Positions 58,748 through 64,000 of a stretch of 64,000 nt of DNA are shown here, piece by piece. Origin of the DNA: Protoeuglena noctilucae (taxonomy: Eukaryota); the NCBI GenBank assembly GCA_958009085.1, contig OY253684.1, positions 62,001 through 126,000 on the forward strand. Direction: 5' to 3'. The notes under the pieces are model-generated. The model did not search any database. It was not told the origin of the DNA and was given only the letters and a program-made list of their open reading frames with translations. Position numbers and translations under genes: made by a program. Every line of letters starts with the position of its first letter. The first letter of the stretch is position 1.

Positions 58748-61700
58748 TCAATCGAGCTGGTCCATCCATGCATCATCCTCATCCCCCTCATCTTCACTCC
58801 CCCCATCACCATCCCCACCAACCCCACCACCCATGCCGCCCCCACTCCCCAACGCAAAGCCCATCGACCCAGCAAGCGACCCCGCGGGCCCGGGCATTCC
58901 CATCTGCGCCTCATAGCTCGCCAACAGACCACGCAGTGCCCCCACATCCACATCCACCGGCCCCTCACCACCACCGCTATTGGTGACACCACTACCACCA
59001 CCACCACTCTTAACTCCCTTAGCCCCCTTCACGTCGCTTTTCCTCAATTCTGTCTCCATCGCTTCATCATAGGCCTCTCGAAAAGCAATGTCCAGATCTG
59101 TTGACCCCACACCCACGCCGCCCTGGTTACCCACCACCCCCGCACGCCCCCGCCTCATCCCTGCCACCCCCACTTCGCCCTCGCTCTCACTGTCCCCATC
59201 CTCTGATGAACCATCGCTCCCACTTATCCCACCCTCACTGCCGCCCTCACTGCTACCCTCGCTGCCATCCCCACCGCTACCCACCGACGCCCCCACCTCC
59301 TCCCCCAGCGCCGCCGCCAACTCTCGCAGAAATCCGTCCGCATCCAAACCCACGGGTCCCACCCCCCCAGGCACCTCGGCCCCTTCTGGCCCTGAATCAG
59401 CTGCCAGAAAACGACCCATGCCCTCCAGGAGGGCGCCCAGGTCCAAAGACGAGGACTGCGGGTGAGGATATATCTATATATAGATATATATTGATACTAT
59501 GTATAATATGTATAATGTGTTGTGAGTTATGTATGTGTGTCTGTGGTTATAAATCTCGACGAAATATAACAATGGCAAACCACGTTATGATTTGAATACC
59601 CCAACACGCTGCCCACCCCTCACCTCCGCCCCCTCCCCGCCCCTCTCTCCCCCCCCACCCCTCCCCCCCGCCGACTCCGCCATCTCTTTTTGTCTCATTC
59701 CCATTTCCGCATCCAACAGCGCACCCCCCTCCTCCATCCACTCCTCCCCATCCACCGACCCCTCTTCCATCGCTGCATCGTTGGAATACTCCATTGGCGT
59801 GTCATTTGAATTATCCATGGATGCTTTCTCGAATGACGCGATGATCTCCTCGATGCGGCGGCCGGGGGCAGAGGCGCGCTCTTGCATGGCCCGGTGAGCC
59901 TGCGGGGAAAGTGAGGGTGGAGGTGGTGTTGATAAGGGTGGCAGTTAAGGTTGGGGTGGGGGTGGCAGTGGGGGTGGTGTTAAGGGTGGTGTTAAGGGTG
60001 GTGTTAAGGGTGGCAGTGGGGGTGGGGGTGAGTGTGTAAATAAGGGTGGCAGTGGGGGTGGCAGTTGGGGTGGTGTTGAGGGTGGCAGTGGGGGTGGGTG
60101 TAGGGGTGGCAGTGAGAGCAGCATTGCAAGAGGTTGACTAAGTGCCACTGCTTAACACCCCACCCAATTATCGCCCCATCTCCACCCCACCCCCATTCAC
60201 CTCTGTGCTCTCATATGCCTCCCTCGCCCTCCTCTCCCTCTCCCGGTACTCCACCGACCCCTCCACCAGTCCCAGGTAATACCCCGCCCTCGTCAGCGAC
60301 GCTTGAAACCGCCCCCACCCACCACTGCTCCCACCGCCACTCATACCAACCCCCCTCTTTTCCCCACCCCCACCGCCACCCCCACTGCCACCTCCACTGC
60401 CACCCCCACGGTCACCCCCACTCCCCTCCATTTTCTGACTTCTCTGGCACAGCATCTCCAGCCCCATGGTCAATTTGAATCCCAACTCTACCGCGCGACG
60501 ATCGGGGTCGCCCAATGCTGGCATGGGCACGCGTGCCTGTTTGGGCGGGTGGAGTATCTGCTGGGATAGTTGCGCGTAGAGGAATCTCGTGAAATGGATG
60601 ACGGCGGGGACGGGGGCGGTGGCGGTGTAGGGGAAGTGGGGGAGGGACGAGGAGGCGCGGAGCTCTTGGGGGTCTCTGGGGGTGGGGTGGGGAAGGGGGT
60701 GAGGAGATGAGATGAGATGAGATGAGGTTAGATGAGATGAAATGAAATGATATATGAGGCGAAATGAGCAAGTGCTAGGTTTGAATAATGCTTGAGTGTC
60801 AATGCTGGGGTCTTTGGTTGGGGTGGAGTGAGCGTTGTTGCATGGGTGGGCATGGGACGCTGGGTGTCATGGCATCTTGCCATTAATAACCATTCGATTC
60901 TCACATATATTAATTCGTTTCTAATAGCAAGTATCCTCACCTCATGCACACTGCTTCGACGGCAGGCGCGACGAGCTGTGGGTCCTGGCGGAGGATGCGG
61001 GCCACCAAAGGGGGGACGAGGCAGCGGGCGCGGTGGAGGGAATGGGAGGCGATCTGTGATGAGGGAAGGAGTGGGGTTGGTGGGTGAGTGAGAGTGGGTG
61101 GCGATGTAAGGTAAGTGAGAGTGGGTGAGGGGATAGTGGGGCGATGTGAGAGGAGGGGACGAGGCAGCAGGTGCGGTGGAGGGACTGGGAGGCGATCTGA
61201 GGGGAGAGAGAGGGGGGTGGGTGGGTAAAGTGTGGGTGGGTGGGTGAGAGAGAGACAATGAGATGAGAGAAGAGGGGTGAGGGGTGAGGGGAGCGTGGCC
61301 GAGGGTGGCGGTGAGGGCGGGAGTGGCAGAGAGACCAAACTAGCCAAGTGCGTCATATTGATGCTCACAATGCGCATCTATTCCAATCCGTACCTCACCC
61401 GCAGCATCCACTCACAACCACTCCACCACTCCACCCTCACCCTGGGCACCTCCCCCATGCATTCATTGAGTGTTCATTGTTCACTGATACCACCACTCCG
61501 CCCCTCACCCGTGGCACCTCCCCCAGTCTCCTCTGCAGCATTGCCTGCGCCTCGTCGGGCAGTCGCGTGAGCACAGATGCCGACTGCACTGCGCCCAGGC
61601 ACTGGGACAGGCTGGGGCGGGGGGGGAGCTGCGGGACAGGGTGGGGAGGGAGAGGGTGAGAGTTAGTTAGTGAGTGTGGACTGCTGCAAAGAAAAAAGCT

Positions 61701-62945
61701 TTACGCCATTCGCTACTCACATTTACACACATGAACCACCCTACGTTGATTGCCATACAATCACCCTCCGCACCTCTTTTGCCACCTTGGCTGGTGGCAC
61801 CACACCACATGCTATCCTCTCCTTTATACAATAAACACACATGCTATCCTCTTCCCAACTAGTACTACACACCAACACTCTCATCTCACCTCTCTCGCCA
61901 CCTTGGCCGGCGGCACCACATGCGCCTCTCCGTTATACACAAACACGCGCCCCTCGGCTGTCTCCGGCTGCACCCACTTGGGCAAAGCAAAGGCGGACTC
62001 GATCAGAAGGAACTCCCCGTCGTTGTCGAACACGCGGGCCACGGAGCCGGGGACGCGAACGGTCACTTGGAACTAAGGGGGAATGGGGAGGGATAGTCAG
62101 TGATTGGGTATGGCGAAGGGTCACTTGGAACTAAGGGGGAAGGGCGGGAGGGAGTTAGTGCGCGTGAGAGGGGGTGACGATATGAGCGCACGGGTGAGGG
62201 AATGCTGAGCGATGGTTGGTGGCACCGCACATTGGGAGTTGTCAGGGAGGGAGGTGAGAGTGTGCGTTGGAAATGCAGCAAACGCTACCATTACTCTCTC
62301 TCTGCTGCCCCCCATCTATGCTACACTGCGCTCACCAGCACATACGTGGCCAGCCAGTCGTCCTCGACGTTGTCGCCGAACTGCATCGTGCCCCAGAGGT
62401 GCGGGACATCGCCGGCGCCCCTGCAGACGCGAAGAGAGCGCAGCTGGCGAGACAAAAGGCCTTGCACAAGCGTCTCACAGCCAAGCGTGCACGCCGCGAG
62501 GCATCTCCGGCATCAACGACGTCGCGATGTTACATTATTTACATAATGCTACAAATACATCGCTCACCGGCCGTCCGGAGCGTCGATCGGGGACGGGGAG
62601 TCGGTGCTGCGGCGCAGAGCGAAGGGATCCCGCTGCCATATGTAGCCCCGCGCGACCTCCGCCAGGACCGTCATCGCCTCCACCTCCAGGGACGCGAGAG
62701 ACGATTCCGCATCCTGGCCTGGGGACGCAGACGAGCGAGGTTGATCCGGCAACGCGCTTGTGAGCAGTTCTCCGGCGGCGGAGAGACGCGTCCGCGAATC
62801 TGATGTCACACATGTGTACTCTACGAATATAAGCAAACGCTGCGTCGCCCCATGTCTCACCGGGCGCGGGGAAGAGGAAGAACGTCGCCGCGTTGGCGTC
62901 ATGCTCGAGGTCGTCCAGCCCGAGCAGCTCGCGGACGCCGGCCAT
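58748..62945 (-). CDS. ECD: Ecdysoneless (ECD; SGT1 domain) protein
   Basis: YIWQRDPFAL; LWGTMQFGDNVEDDWLATYVL; VFDNDGEFLLIESAFALPKWVQPETAEGRVFVYNGEAHVVP; LRQDPQLVAPAVEA; ELGFKLTMGLEML; WGRFQASLTRAGYY..EGSVEY; YDEAMETEL; PVDVDVGALRGLLASYEAQMGMPGPAGSL. Confidence 0.92.
59935..60116 (+). repeat. Degenerate 12-bp minisatellite (AGGGTGGCAGTG / AGGGTGGTGTTA), intronic
   Basis: 12-bp period visible across the 3' half of an ECD intron; same family as 162-312. Confidence 0.85.
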
Positions 62946-63414
62946 CGCGACGCGGCGCGGACGGACAGAGTACGAGGTCAGGAGTAGCAGAGAGCTGCAA
63001 ATGGGACCATCGCCTATCCCAGGGAGCGGAGCGTGACCCAGGACGGACGCAAGCACTAAAGGTCGGCGTGGCGGACCCCGGGGATCGACGGAGCTCGTCT
63101 GACGGGCAGCGGAACATTGTTATCAGGCTTGCAACGCTGCTGGGATAAATAGCCACCCGCGAGCAGCCTCGCCAGTCCTGTGCCGCACGCGCCTGTCCCG
63201 AGCCCCGCCGCGCCTGCCTGACCCCGCGCACGCCTCCCGCCACTTTGTATTCCTGCGGCAGCGATCGTCTCAACCTGCCGAAAGTGTCGCGCGGCCGTTG
63301 CTTCGACAGGGCGCAAGACAGCCCCTGACGTCTGCGCGAGGAGGGACGGCGCGCGCACGGGGAGGCTCTGTTTCAGCATTAGGCCCTGCTTGTCGCCTTG
63401 TTTATTAGCTTCTC

Positions 63415-64000
63415 ATGGTGGCGCTGGAGGAGCCCCGCGGGGGGCCCGCAGGTCCGGCGGGGCTGGACCCGACGGCAGCGCAGCTCCTCGACCGCTTCCT
63501 GGACGCGGCGGACAACACGGCGGCGTTTCTGCGCCCGAACGAAGCCCTCGCATCGGAGGCGCGGAGCGTGGCGAAGGTGCGGCGGCCGCGGGGTCCGGCC
63601 ATGCGCCGGCGGGGGCAGGCGGGCGGTCCTAGCAACCGCGCCCTCCCGGGCGGCCGTCCGGGCCCCATTGCGCCGCGCGAGCCTCGCAGCGCTTAGATAG
63701 GGTATCTCATTACAACATGTAACTCTTCGTTTCTTTCGCTCCAGGCCCTTTTCGACCACACGTTGCGCCTGGCCAGGACCCGCAACGGCGCCGACCCGGA
63801 CGCGGAGGCGCCGCGGCTGCACGTCGACGGCTTCCACGCGGAGCAAATATGGGCACAGATGGACATGGAGGTGCGGTCGCGGCCCTCCCGCAGCGGCTAC
63901 CGCGTCCGCACGCGGGTGCAGTCGTAATGTCGCACCGTACAACCCGCGTCCACCGCCGCCTCGCCGCCCGCGCAGGTCGGCCCGCTGGTGAAGCGCGTAC
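63415..64000 (+). CDS. MPP10: U3 snoRNP protein MPP10, 5' part (continues beyond the window)
   Basis: Exons 63415-63576, 63745-63870 and 63976->end give ..AFLRPNEALASEARSVAK-ALFD..LHVDGFHAEQIWAQMDME-VGPLVKR, matching the Mpp10 N-terminal motif L.vdGFd.EQIW.Q. Confidence 0.82.

Noticed and set aside
155..62330. Introner-type transposable introns
   Set aside because: Introns of different genes share composition and simple repeats but no alignable family sequence or terminal inverted repeats that I could see. The repeats found are copies of each intron's own flanks.
81..63942. Hundreds of long overlapping Pro/Gly/Arg-rich ORFs in the six-frame track
   Set aside because: These are shadow frames caused by high GC and G/C-skewed introns. 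They overlap recognisable spliced genes and show no family motifs.

Overview
GC-rich, gene-dense, intron-rich eukaryotic nuclear DNA. It is most consistent with a chlorophyte green alga (transit-peptide HCP, stromal processing peptidase, organellar LeuRS, NEF1, some TGTAA poly(A)-type signals); the species cannot be identified from the sequence. Manual splicing gives 17 protein-coding genes and one probable pseudogene, mostly in head-to-head pairs. In order: a partial coiled-coil gene, HCP, PIG-L, SPP (N-terminal half lost in a 200-N gap), an AN1 zinc-finger protein, a COX4-like protein, NEF1, a RING-H2 protein, CASC3/Barentsz, PGAP1-like, a DDT-domain protein, ARP4, LeuRS, a kinase/beta-helix pseudogene, SKI3, GCIP, ECD and MPP10 (partial). 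The genes are ordinary but the introns are not. (1) About 20 direct-repeat 'echoes' of exon-intron junctions (mostly 12-48 bp, one ~115 bp) lie inside the neighbouring introns; some make a nested intron within an intron. (2) Gene-body introns are G-rich at the 5' end and C-rich at the 3' end, and the skew extends into codon choice. (3) Introns near the start codon are short and CpG-rich, while distal introns are CpG-poor. (4) At least six frame-supported GC-AG introns share AG|GCGAG. No rRNA, tRNA, CRISPR array or intact transposon was recognised. All exon structures are inferred by eye without transcript data.
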